This document shows positions 52,815 through 64,000 of a stretch of DNA of 64,000 nt, piece after piece. The stretch comes from Carcharhinus amblyrhynchos. Lineage: Eukaryota. Position 1 is the stretch's first letter. Each line of letters begins with the position of its first letter. The stretch covers positions 109,740,001 to 109,804,000 of the forward strand of contig OZ336875.1 of NCBI GenBank assembly GCA_965287045.1, given 5' to 3'. The position numbers and the translations under genes were made by a program. The notes below the pieces were generated by a model. It searched no databases. It was not told the origin of the DNA and was given only the letters and a program-made list of their open reading frames with translations.

Positions 52815-53240
52815 CTAGTGCTTTCCTGCTCTTCCATCTTGCATTCATAAAAGTTCAGCTCATCTATTACCTCTGTGCACACTAACCTACATCGGTTCCT
52901 GGTCTGACAGCATCTCAGAATTAAAATTCTCAACCTTGTTCATATTCCGCCATAGCCTTGCTACTCTATCTCTCTGTAACCTCCTCCAGCCTTACAGCTC
53001 CTTGAGAGATCTCTGTCATCATGGCTGTTGATGTCTGTGGATTCAGCTGCCTAGGCCTTTAACTATGGAATTTTCCCCTTCCATCTATTTCTCCCCTTCT
53101 TTAAGAAGCTCCTTAAAATCTCTTTGACCACATTTTTGGTATCGAATATCTCCTTTATGTGGTTCAGTGTCAAATTTTGCCTTGATAACGCTCACGTGAA
53201 GCACCCTGCAATGTTTTACTACATTAAAAGTGTTAAATAA
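52815..53240 (+). mobile_element. L2 LINE 3' fragment
   Basis: ctacatcggttcctggtc...ttaaaattctc...gtgaagcaccctgcaatgttttactacattaaaagtg. Confidence 0.6.
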
Positions 53241-53489
53241 TTGAAAGTTGTTTGTCTACCTTTACAACAGTTCTGTAGCATTTCATTCATTTCCTTCCCA
53301 ACAAAAGCAAGATAAGAAAAAGATCTTCAAATATTATCTGTCATGAACATTTAGGAAAAAAAATCAATAAAGTATAACTCATTTGGGTAGTTGCAAGTTA
53401 TTGTATATGTTGCACTTGTGAGATTAAAAGAAAGTGGAATTGCAGTACATGGGTTGGTTGCAAGCAACAAGGCAGATTTGTTGAGGAAA

Positions 53490-53620
53490 AGATAAAATAC
53501 TATGGATGTGGGAATCTGAAACAAAAACAGAAAATGCTGGAAAAGCTCAGAAGGTCCGACAGCATCTGTGGAGAGAGAATACAGCCGAAGTTTCAAGTCT
53601 GAATGACCTTTTATTGATAA
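53490..53620. mobile_element. Penelope-like terminal repeat fragment (related copies ~26200, ~52500, 60515)
   Basis: ggaatctgaaacaaaaacagaaaatgctggaaaagctcagaaggtccgacagcatctgtggagagag; family assignment by recall. Confidence 0.5.
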
Positions 53621-54621
53621 GTTGTTCACTGTACAAGGCTTGGGCTAGATTGACTTAAAGCCCACAGAGCAACCAATGACGTCATAAACTAAACATGTGA
53701 TTAGACTCTTAAAGTGGCAGCACAACAACACAACATGTACCCAAATATGTAACACAAGTAATGACTTATTAAGCATGAGTTTGCACACTATCAGATGATG
53801 TGTCTGGCACCATGGTACCTATTTGAACCCACCACTGAACGATCATCTTTTACAAATCCTAATGCTGTGAAGAAGTAGGAGATGGATTTTAGTCTCATCA
53901 TTGAAGATGGAAGTAAATCTGTTATTTACACAGAATGGAATAGAATCCTTGACTTTGGTTCTGTGGCTGTTTCATAGGAAATTCTTTATTCACATTTTGT
54001 GTACCAGCCAAATTGGTTGACTTTTGAATAGTATCTTTGGACAACTGAACTGTACTACTGCATAGATTGAACCTGTTTTAGATATTGGCAAATAAGTAAA
54101 TGTAATCATTCAGGTAGACACTTTCAGAAAAGGAAAAAAAGGGACTGAGCAAGTAGTGACTAAGTAAGACATAGGGTGTAATTCTCCCATCTGGGGACTA
54201 GCTACCCTGGCAGGGGTGGGAGCATGGGATGTTTCCTGCTGAAGAGACCGGCAGGAGAATATGCCATATCTTCTGGCTCTGACCTCATTAATAATGCCCT
54301 ATAGATGCTCATCTTATCTCCTGCTGTGGTGTTCCCCAGTCCAGAGTTGCTGTCAGCCTCCACCCTGTACTCCATAGGTAGTCCCAGGCACTGTTCAGAA
54401 GAGTCCCAACATCTGCACGTCACATTGTTCCAAACATATTTTGTAACAGCATGCTTTCCCATTGGTGCCGCAGACAATGTTGAGTTCATGATGGCAATGA
54501 ACTCCATTCCCACTGCTTCAGGTAACTCTGCCAGATGTCCACACATTTGCTGCTGATTATTTAAGTAAGTGTGCCCCAAAAGGTGACTCATGAGGCTCCA
54601 TGTTCCCACTCGCTGGAGCAT

Positions 54622-55988
54622 CATTGCCCCAGGGTTTCAACTACATGAGCCAATCTTGTGGAGAGACACATGCGGCAACACAGAATGAATGCAGGGAGGA
54701 GCAGAGTCTCACCTCAAGAGGATACAAGCCTTCCTCAGTAACCTAGACCAGTCCACTAAGTTATCACTGATATCTATGGAATACATGAGGAACTGCGTAC
54801 CTTTAACTGGACAGTTGCACTGCTGGCTCAGGAGCTGCTGGAATGGATAATTGTTATAGCAGCCTACCCCATTAACTCTACCTGAGGACCAACCCAGGAT
54901 TGTGTAGGTAAATGAGGAGGATGGAAGTACCCAGAACTCCTCAGCGCCCTCATGTTCCTCCAACTTCCAGCCCCTCTGGCAGAACCCTGATCTAGTGAAT
55001 ACGTGCCAGTAATCATGGCTGCCCATGCAGAGACCACAGTCTGAAGGAGATTCCGACAAGGTGGTAGACCAGGCAGTCTACCATCTTGCTCACTGCTGTA
55101 TAGACTAAGATGTGAGTAGCCTGCCTCCACTGCCCCCAAGGCAACAGTAGGGCCACATTGTGAGTGTGTGAGAGTGCAAGTTGCCATTTCACCTGCATCA
55201 CTAATAGGTTCACCATGGTTATAATTTTCACATTGTATATAGCACATTTGAACACTTCTTTAAGATGTTTACTTATACTTGCACATGACTGTGTGTGTTT
55301 GTATACTAGAGAGTTCAAAAGGAATGGTAATACTATGAAGGTCGTTCTTACCACTAATAATGAGGGTGACATGCTGACATCCATTTTGACATGCCAACAA
55401 CAGGATCAAAGTTGCTGGCTGATTTGTGATGCTTCCTTCTCTGCTATATTACATAAGATTCAAGAGCAAAGAGGCCCACCCTGAACTGCTCCTTGTATCA
55501 TTCATTGTCCATCCAAGCTGACTTTAAGGGAGGCTCCATGGGGAGATGCTGGGCAGCTGGTGCATCTGAAGTATGAGTGCTGGTTGTAAGGCACACATCT
55601 ACAGTGCAATATCGCACACTGACCTAAGTATAGGCATCGCAGCTTGAGAGACCATATGTCATCCAGGTAATATTGGTTGTCTGCTGTGCCCACTGCTTTG
55701 TATTCCAAGAGACTCAGGATGTGCTTCAGCAGAAGACAGAGGCATGTGGAAGCCAGGAAGGGTGCATGTGTTGTTTAAGAGTAATTTGCGTGAAAATAAT
55801 TTGTGCCCAGACTGTCAATTGCACCCAGAGTAGAAATGCTGCTCAAATATCTTACCTAATTTCAAATAGTTAAGTCTGTGGAGTTGAGGTTCTGATTATT
55901 CTACAGGAAGCGATTGAAAGTGTTTGGAGAACAGGCCAAATCAAGATCTAAATGTTGTGCAACCGCACAAATTAAATGATGGACAACA
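54622..55988. repeat. Left arm of a ~1.37-kb inverted duplication
   Basis: Colinear reverse complement of 57240-58610; paired ORFs such as 55502-55708(-)/57382-57726(+) and 54709-55059(-)/58269-58475(+). Confidence 0.95.
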
Positions 55989-56230
55989 GGCGGTTTTAAG
56001 GATATTCAGTTACCCTCCCTTCAAGGAAACAGGAAGTCATTGCTAAATGTGCATCACATCAGTCCCAAGGTTCTTACTCATATTATATAGCGAAGATTAT
56101 TTTGGTTTCCACAAATCTGTTTTTAATCTAATGGTGAGCATTTTGGAAACTAGCAGGAGGGTAAAGTGTCACCTGAGCATTGGCAATAGCAGCATTGTTC
56201 CAATGCCAATTTAGCTTGAAAAATACAACA

Positions 56231-56365
56231 GTCGGAATTTTCTGGCCGTTCACACCCCATTGCCACCGCAAGTTAGGACGGGGAATTTGGCGCTCAGCCA
56301 AATCTCCATTCACTGCAGTAGGACCAGAGAATCCCATTGGTGTAAAAGGCTAGAGAATTTCGGCC
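56231..56365. mobile_element. Harbinger-type MITE in the spacer of the inverted duplication
   Basis: gtcggaattttct ... agagaatttcggcc TIRs. Confidence 0.65.
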
Positions 56366-57239
56366 AATATCTACAATTCATGTAACTCTGGGACCCGCTT
56401 TTTTACATTAATATATGACTTTCGCAAAGGAGGGAATTGAGATTGACCATTGTCAATGTGGTCTCCTATAAAATCTCTAGAATATGTTATAGTTACAAGT
56501 TAAAGATGCGAACAGTTCATATTGCATACCTTAGGGATAATGATGACAATGATTATCAACTAATTTAGAGGGTATATTCATGGCCCAAAGAGCCCTTGTC
56601 TAGTCAAGAAATGTTTCAACGTGTGATACATATGTATGTCCATTTTTTCAACATTGAGAGTCTGCAATAACTGAGTCTATAATAACTGATTCTTGGAATT
56701 CTCGCATGCTATGCAAAATATGAAAACACTTTTTATTAATTTAGTTTGAACACAGTCCTTCCATGGATTGAAGCAAAAAGGGAAGGAATACAATCACACA
56801 ACAGAACTGGTGTAGGTCAGAATCCTTTATTTGAAACCGTCAATGCTGATTGCATTTCAGATAATTCCTATTTCTGCATACCACATATAGGTCCAGACCT
56901 ACTTACATTACAATGGCCTAAATCTAATCTAAAGTAAATAAAATGCCTCAAAAAGTAAGATGTTGCACTGAATAAAAAAGGTCGGGTGAGGTTAGTAAGG
57001 TTTATGTCGGCTTGGGTCACGTCCCTGCTAAAGGTCAATGAAGTTAAAAAAAGCGTAGCTTCTGGGTGTGTTTGGTTTTCAGATTTATGACTAAGAGATA
57101 TTCAACCTGTATGGCATCAAGTGGGAACTGCTATGCACCGATGCTAAACTAGCATTGGAAATCTGGATCAACACCATAACAATGGGGCAAAATGCTTTTT
57201 AACATAAGAACAAGTTCTTCCATTTCCTCAAATTTGATG

Positions 57240-58610
57240 TGTTGTCCATCATTTAATTTGTGCGGTTGCACAACATTTAGATCTTAATTTGGTCTGTTCT
57301 CTGAACACTTTCAATCGATTCCTGTAGAATAATCAGAACCTCACCTCCACAGACTTAACTGTTTGAAATTAGGTAAGATATTTGAGTAGCATTTCTACTC
57401 TGGGTGCAATTGACAATCTGTGCACAAATTATTCTCATGCAAATTACCCTTATACAATACATGCACCCTTCCTGGCTTCCACATGCCTCCATCTTCTGCT
57501 GAAACATGTCCTGAGACACCTGGATTACAAAGTAACGGGCACAGCAGAAAACCAATATTACCTGGATGATATATGGTCCCTCAAGCTGAGATGCCTATAC
57601 TTAGGCCAGTGTGCAATATTGCACTGTGGATATGTGCCTTACAACCAGCATTCATACTTCAGATGCACCAGCTGCCCAGCATCTCCTCATGAAGCCTCCT
57701 TAAAGTCAAGCTTGGATGGACAGTGAAAGATACAAGGAGCAGCTCAGGGCTTGAGCCTCATTGCTGTTGAATCTTATGCAATATAGTAGAGAAGGAAGCA
57801 TCACAAATCAGCCAGTAACTTTGATCCTGTTGTTGGCTTGTCAAAATGGACGTCAGCATGTCACCCTCATTATTAGTGGTAAGAGCGGCCTTCATAGTAT
57901 TACCATTCCTTTTGAGCTCTCTTGTATGCAAAAACACAGTCATGTACAAGTCTAAGTAAACATCTTAAAGAAGTGCTCAAATGTGCTATATACAATGTGA
58001 AAATTATAACCATGGTGAACCTATTAGTGATGTAGGTGAAATGGCAATCTGCACTCTCACACACTCATACAATATGACCCTGGTGTTGCCTTGGGGGAAG
58101 TGGAGGCAGGCTACTCACATCTTAGTCTATACAGCAGTGAGAAGGTGGTAGACTTCCTGGTTGTACAAGCATCTGTTGAAATCTACTTCAGACTGTGGTC
58201 TCTGCATGGGCAGCCATGATTACTGACACACATTCACCAGATCAGGGTTCTGCCAGAGGGGCTGGAAGTTGGAGGAACATGAGGGTGCTGAGGAGTTCTG
58301 GGTACTTCCACCCTCCTCATTTACCTACACAATCCTGGATTGGTCCTCAGGTAGAATTAATGGGGTAGGCTGCTACAACAATTATCCATTCCAGCAGCTC
58401 CTGAGCCAGCAGTGCAACTGTCCAGTTAAAGGTACACAGCTCCTCATGTATTCCATAAATATTAGTGATAACTGAGTGGACTGATCTAGGTTACTGAAGA
58501 AGGTTTGTATCCTCTCGTGGTGAGACTCTGCTCCCCCCTACATCCATTGTGTGTTGCTGCATGTATCTCTCCACAAGATTGGCTCATATGGTTGAAACCT
58601 TGGGACAATG
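57240..58610. repeat. Right arm of the inverted duplication
   Basis: tgttgtccatcatttaatttgtgcggttgcacaacatttagatctt is the reverse complement of 55943-55988; homology continues to 58610. Confidence 0.95.
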
Positions 58611-59600
58611 TTGAGTTCATGATGGCGAAGAACCCTATTTGCAACCTTGGAGTTCCCACTGCTTCAGGTAACTCTGCCAGATGTCCACACATTTGCTGCT
58701 GAATATTTAAGTAGTGTGCCCCAAAAATGACTCATGAGGCTCCATGTTCCTGCTATTAGAACGTCATCATGACTTTTCTCCCTCCCTCCTCTCAAGCGGG
58801 CAGTGCACAGATGTCTCTGACTCTTAACGCCTTCTCCTACACTCTGGTGTGGTGGCTTCCACCTGTGCCACCAACTCCATGCAGACTATATCCCTCTGAT
58901 GTGCTGGTATCTGAATTAACAGTGGGTGGGTTGTAAGATGTGACAATACCATCTCAGTCATTTCATGCATTCGTGCAGGGAGGGATAGTGCTCTTTGCTG
59001 CACCTGTCTATCACGGTGCTCCTTCATGTGTGTGCTGTGTTCTCCTACATGAACCACTTACTCATATAAGCCTCAGTGCTGAAGCAGAGGCATGTGCCAG
59101 GTGTCGCACCTTAGCTGCAGCATGCCACTATAACCCTTGCCCTTTGTCTCTGCGTGGATGGGCCAAGCTACTCATCTTGTCAGAATGTGGCAGCTCATTG
59201 AACTTTTTCCTGCATCAAGTCCACGAGCGCTAATTGTGTCTTGCTGTGCTCACCACAACACAATTTGAATCCAGGCTTTCTTGGTTGCTGTGGGTGCATT
59301 ACACTGGCCAGCAAGGTGGATGTCTGGTCTCCTCTTCTCGACGTCTTGCACCAAAACCTGAAGATCCAGGTGAGAAAACTATGGGGCAGCTGGACCCATT
59401 CCTTTCCCTGGATCTCCTCTGTGTGACATTCTATTAATAAAAATGTAAGACTTAAAGGGTAATGAGCCATTTGGATTACAATGCTGTCATGCACTTTGAT
59501 GTGCTTAAATGCACTAATCATTTTCACTTAACATCAATTGGAGTCCAAGCCTCCAAGCTAAAATGCCATGTTCCATGGCCCGTGACAGCCTATTGGTTTC
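57240..59600. mobile_element. Second decayed Harbinger element: Myb/SANT ORF on -, KDZ-like relic on +
   Basis: Minus 59195-59300: ATKKAWIQI...RSWT*CRKKFNEL; minus QQQMCGHLAELPEAV; plus 57380-57950: ASTCLH.LLKHVLR.LDY, KTNIT, SQISQ*L.S...SMSP...VR. Confidence 0.65.
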
Positions 59601-59679
59601 CCCTCTCTTTGTCATATTGTTGTGCTATGACAACATACAGCAATGAGGGACCTAGTCAAAGGTCAACAGTGTGGATGCA

Positions 59680-60500
59680 ATCTGAAAGATGGGTAGCAAG
59701 AAGACAATTGGATAGGATAATGAGATATGCAGATGACAGTATAATTATGGTAATTATTCAATGTTGAATATTCAAAATATTCAATGTTGAATATTCAAAA
59801 TATTCAATGTTGAATATTCAAAATATTCAACATTCCTCCCATTGAATCCAAAGGATGTGGTGGAGCTTTACTGATAGAATTTCTCTTGTGCACTCATGTG
59901 CTGCTAGTGTACAGTTCAGGTTTCATTCAACACAAGAGTAAAAGATATGGATCATCATTAAACTGTGGCAAAACGGAATGCAAAGGAAAGAATTACACCT
60001 GGATGCAAAGTAACAGTGGAATCAAAAGAAATGAAACAGAATCATAGTCTTATCTGGGTATCCCAATGACATCTGTTGGGAAAAGGGACCAAGACATCAG
60101 GAAGCGCATAAACTTGGAAAAGCCACCTTCACGAAAATGTCAGGCCTCCTTGAGTAATAAGAACACCTCTGTGGAAAGTAGAATGAGATTATTGAAATAC
60201 TACATCTGGTCAATGTTACCGGATGCAAAAGTTTGAAGATGAGCAAGGCAATGGAGATAAATTAAAGGCAACCGAGATGTGTGATTTCTGAGACATAAGC
60301 TGAAAACACAATTAATGAGGAAATTTTGAGGAAAGCAGACACACAAGAAGAACATTTGCAAATGGTCATCAGGCAACAAATGTAATTCCTTGGTCACATA
60401 CGTAGGAGAGAGAAAGTAGAATATCTGTCATGACTGGTAAAATTGAGGTCAGCAGAGTAATTGGAAGACAAAGGAAAACATACACTGGCACTTTCAAAAG
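59680..60500 (+). mobile_element. Degenerate RTE-clade LINE fragment
   Basis: IMRYADD at ~59717-59737; downstream YLG..., DIRKRI, ATFTKM, RLLKYYIWSML and a gaaattttgagg..ggtcacatac..aggagag pattern typical of RTE ORFs. Confidence 0.7.
59755..59830. repeat. Perfect 23-bp tandem repeat x3.3 (TATTCAATGTTGAATATTCAAAA)
   Basis: Units start at 59755, 59778 and 59801; partial unit at 59824. Confidence 0.95.
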
Positions 60501-60514
60501 CAGCAAGATCAAGG

Positions 60515-60670
60515 CAAAATACCACAGATGCTGGAATCTGAAACAAAAACAGAAATTGTTGGAAAATATTTGCAGATCTCACAGCATCCTGAGTCCAAAC
60601 ATTGGCTGTCTTCTCTCTCCACAGATGCTGTCAGGCCTGCTGAGATTTTCCAGCATTTTCTGTTTTCTTG
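60515..60670. mobile_element. Penelope-like inverted terminal-repeat pair
   Basis: acagaaattgttggaaaat... faces ...attttccagcattttctgt in inverted orientation. Confidence 0.55.
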
Positions 60671-60759
60671 CAACTGTCCCAAAAGTGGAACAGTTACAAG
60701 ATTTGAGAACAACACCAAGATAGCTGCTGTTAAGAATTGTGAAATTTGGAGAGCCATGA

Positions 60760-61103
60760 AGAGGCGGTGGTGTAGTAGTATTGTCACTGGACGAGTAATC
60801 CCGAGACTCAAAGCAATGTGCTGGGAACCTGATTTGAATTCTGCCACTTCAGATCATGAAATGTGAATTCAATAAAAATCTAGAATTCAAAGTCTAATGA
60901 TGACCATGAAACTATTGCATTTTTTAAAAACCCATCTGGTTCACTGATGTCCCTTGGGGAAGGAACTTTGCCATCATTAATTGGTCTGGCTTACATGTGA
61001 CTTCAGGTCCACAGCAATGTAGTTAACGCTTAAACTCAAGGGCAATTGGGGATGGGCAATAAATAATGGCAGAGCCAGCAACACACTCATTCCATGAAAA
61101 AAA
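60760..61103 (+). mobile_element. Shark tRNA-derived SINE (second family)
   Basis: gcggtggtgtagtagtattgtcactggac head, aaacccatctggttcact core, A tail; reverse copy at 61475-61835. Confidence 0.75.
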
Positions 61104-61149
61104 TCAATATTGTCAAATATGGTACTTAAAGAAAAAAATAAAGAATAGC

Positions 61150-62235
61150 AGAAGTTTGTTAGGTTGATTCCTAGGATGGGGGGATTTTCCTATGAGAAGG
61201 TATTGAGTAGACTAGACTATATTCCTTCTGTTTGAAGAATGAGAGATGATCAAATTGGAACATATAAATTTCTTTTGGGACTTGACAAGGTTGTTGCTGG
61301 GCAGGGGTGGGGGCTAGGTGAAGTGATGGGGTCTTTCTATAGCTGGGGATTTTAGAACTAAGGGATAAATTAAGTTATAGATTAAGGGATTGGCCATTTA
61401 CAACTGAGATGAGAAACATTTGTTTAACTCAAGGCATTGTGAATCTTTGGAATTTTCTAACCCAGAGAACTGGATTTTTTCACTTGCTTAGGGGCATTGC
61501 TGACTGGGCTTTATTGTCCATCCCTAATTGCCCTCAAAATGAATGGCCATTTCAGGGGGCAAGTAAGACTCAACCATACTGCTATGCGTCTGGAGTCATA
61601 TGTAGGCCAGACCAGGTGAGGATGGCAGATTTCCTTCCCGAAAGGACATTGGTATAACCAGATGGGTTTTTATAACAATCAACATTGTTTCATTCTCATT
61701 ACTAGACTTTTAATTCCAGATTTTTGTTGAATTCAAATTTCACCATGTGCCATGGTGGGATTTGGGTCCCCACACCATTATTCTGGGATTCCAGATTACT
61801 AATCCAATGACAATACCAATACATCACCACCTCAGTCACTGAGTATTTATAAATTAGAAATTGATCCACTTTTAGATACTAAGTGAAGTAAGGATATAAA
61901 GTTTGTGTGGATAGATGGATACTGTCATTTTCCACCCCGCCCGCCCATCCCTCCGCCCGCAGCCAGTTTTCTGGTAGTGGAGGTGGCTCATCATTGGCCA
62001 CTGGAAGGATCTTCCATCCTGCCAAAGTCAACAGCCATTTACGTTACTCATTAGCTGCACTGTCAAGGGACCCACCAAGGGACGTCACCTTCGGCAGGAC
62101 TGGACGATCCCACTGGCAGGAAGAGCCATAAAGTCCCAGCCAGAGTTGAAGTAGAAGATCGGATCAGAAGTGAGCATTCTGAATGACCAGGCAGGCTCTA
62201 AAGACCAAATGCCCTCTCCTGTTTTTATGTTCTTT
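61150..62235 (+). mobile_element. Old CR1 3' fragment with a nested SINE (61475-61835, -) and MITE (~61915-62142)
   Basis: CR1 text (gagatgagaaacatttgtttaactcaaggcattgtgaatctttggaatt) resumes after each insertion and ends aggctctaaagaccaaatgccctctcctgtttttatgttc. Confidence 0.7.
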
Positions 62236-63829
62236 AAAATAGCATCGGATGGATCAAATATCCCACCTTCCCATTAAGCAAGCTGTCAGCACTGTGTGCA
62301 ATTAGCATTGGTAGCTCATCCTAAATATTAAAATGAAACCCAAAATATAATCAGATTTCCCATTGATCACCTGATGGATATAACACATGCCACCTTTTGC
62401 CAATTAAATTCCTGTGAAACTTGAGCAGTGCACCTGATAGCAGGATGTCTAATGAAATCCTAACCAATGATTCTTATTGGAGTAATGTCGCTTCTTCACT
62501 TTGGTACTCCAAGCATCCATTTACAAAAACTAACCTGCTACACATTTTTTCCACATCTTTATCAACTTGACCTCCTTTTCAAGATTTGTGTATCTAAACC
62601 TCTTACTGTCTTTACAGTTTTTTTAAAGATTTACAAGTTAAGTATATTTCTTTTCATTCTGCCTCTAGAGATGTATGGCTTCATAATTATCTGCATTAAA
62701 TTTCATTTGACATCCCTCTGTACAATTCACTAACCTGCTTATATTCTCCCAAAATCATTTATAGGTTTCCTTACAGTCGACCACACTTCCTATTTTTGTA
62801 TTATCTTCTTTGATCTCATTAGTTATGCTTTGCTGCAGATCATTGGTACTAAAGTTATGAATGCTGACTTCATTTTTCATAGAAAAATGAGGTACAAACT
62901 TGGCTCTGTAGCTTGATCGGGAAGCAGAAAATCCATGCTATTTTCTCCAAGCAGTGAAATGTTATGTTTCTCCCCTAATTATTTCATGGGGTATATGCAC
63001 CCTTCCCGCAATTTCACAACATAGCATTTATATGGAAAAAGCATAAAACATGGGTCTACAAATTAGAATTTCAAGTAGGCCCAAAGCACACCCAATATTG
63101 GACTTTGAACCTAATTTACATTATAATAGTGAGTTTCAGACACCTGCCACGCATCTCCAGGCAACTCGCCAAAGAAGAACATTTGAACCTGCGATTGCTG
63201 TGTTGAATGTAGATCAGGTAGGTCTTTAGAAAAATGACTGGGTGAGGAAGGGAAACGGCCATGAGGAGGGGGAACAATAAGGACAAGTTGAGATTGAGCA
63301 ATGGCCAGCAGAACCCTGTGGTTGTAATGTGGAGCTGTCAATAGTCGAATCTTTACCTGCTGACTATTCTGAGTTTTGAAAGGTACAACAATCTACAAGC
63401 ATTTCTTCTAATTAACATGTAATCAATTAAGTAGCTTTAGGAATTATCCTATAATTCAAATAAGGATGTGCAGAAGAGAAATGAGCTTCTCACTGATAAT
63501 ACAGTGTGCCTATTTACAGTGATTAAAATTTGTGGCTTGAAAAAAAACAATTGAGTTGCACATAACTTTGCCTTATAAGCAGAATAAGACATTGTGTTGC
63601 GTCCTTCTAGAAATACCTAGGCTTCAGCTTAAAACAGCCTGGCAAGCAAGCTCTGCTATTATCGTGTAACTCTCCAATATGCCAATCCAACTTTGCTTCC
63701 ATAGGAAAGAATTTTTGTGAATCTCAATTTTTCAAATGCTTGCCACACAACAAAGGGAGGGATGTTTAACCAGATGTTCTCCTATTGGAAAAAATTGGTA
63801 GATGTTTTTAAAGAACAGCACCCTTTTCT

Positions 63830-64000
63830 GGAGATCATGTACAAATTGGCTGTGTTTACTGGGCTTGCAAAATCTCACTAACTGTCCTGGCTGGAGACAA
63901 TACACACCTCTTTAACTTGTGCTTGACCCTCTCTCCACCCACATTGTATCGTTAAAACTTGATTACTTATAAAGACTTGTATTCCAACCATTATCTTGTA
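63830..64000. mobile_element. Probable Penelope-like element fragment running off the window
   Basis: gtcctggctggagacaatacacacctctttaac...ccaaccattatcttgta resembles a common shark repeat; recall only. Confidence 0.4.

Noticed and set aside
59755-59830. CRISPR-like palindromic repeats
   Set aside because: Units are directly adjacent with no spacers, there are no cas genes, and the context is a vertebrate intron.
51285-64000. Next LRRIQ1 exon (expected FLPE.DP..LNGGRVQLV-like block)
   Set aside because: Not found by eye on the + strand; presumably beyond the window, although a diverged exon could have been missed.

Overview
Eukaryotic, repeat-rich vertebrate DNA, very probably a shark or other elasmobranch (HE1-type tRNA SINEs, shark-type CR1 tails, Deu-type SINEs). 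The whole window lies inside one + strand gene. Ten GT-AG exons (13710-51284) splice in phase into a stop-free 1638-nt frame matching the C-terminal half of LRRIQ1 (end of the LRR region, IQ motifs, WGFKD..AQ.MLKRAQKMK, VRLALFKN and TYQWLHTQV blocks); the gene continues beyond both window edges. The introns hold CR1, L2, Rex-Babar, RTE and Penelope-like relics, SINEs and PIF/Harbinger MITEs. Three things stand out: (1) decayed Harbinger transposons that seem to carry a third, KDZ/Zisupton-like (HMGXB3-like) ORF between the Myb/SANT gene and the transposase; (2) a ~325-bp retroposon with a U2 snRNA nt 1-37 head, a second internal U2 stem-loop copy, an A-tail and a probable TSD; (3) a ~1.37-kb inverted duplication with a junctional micro-inversion. 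Most ORFs in the supplied track are spurious or TE relics. All family assignments were made by eye from remembered motifs; no searches were run.
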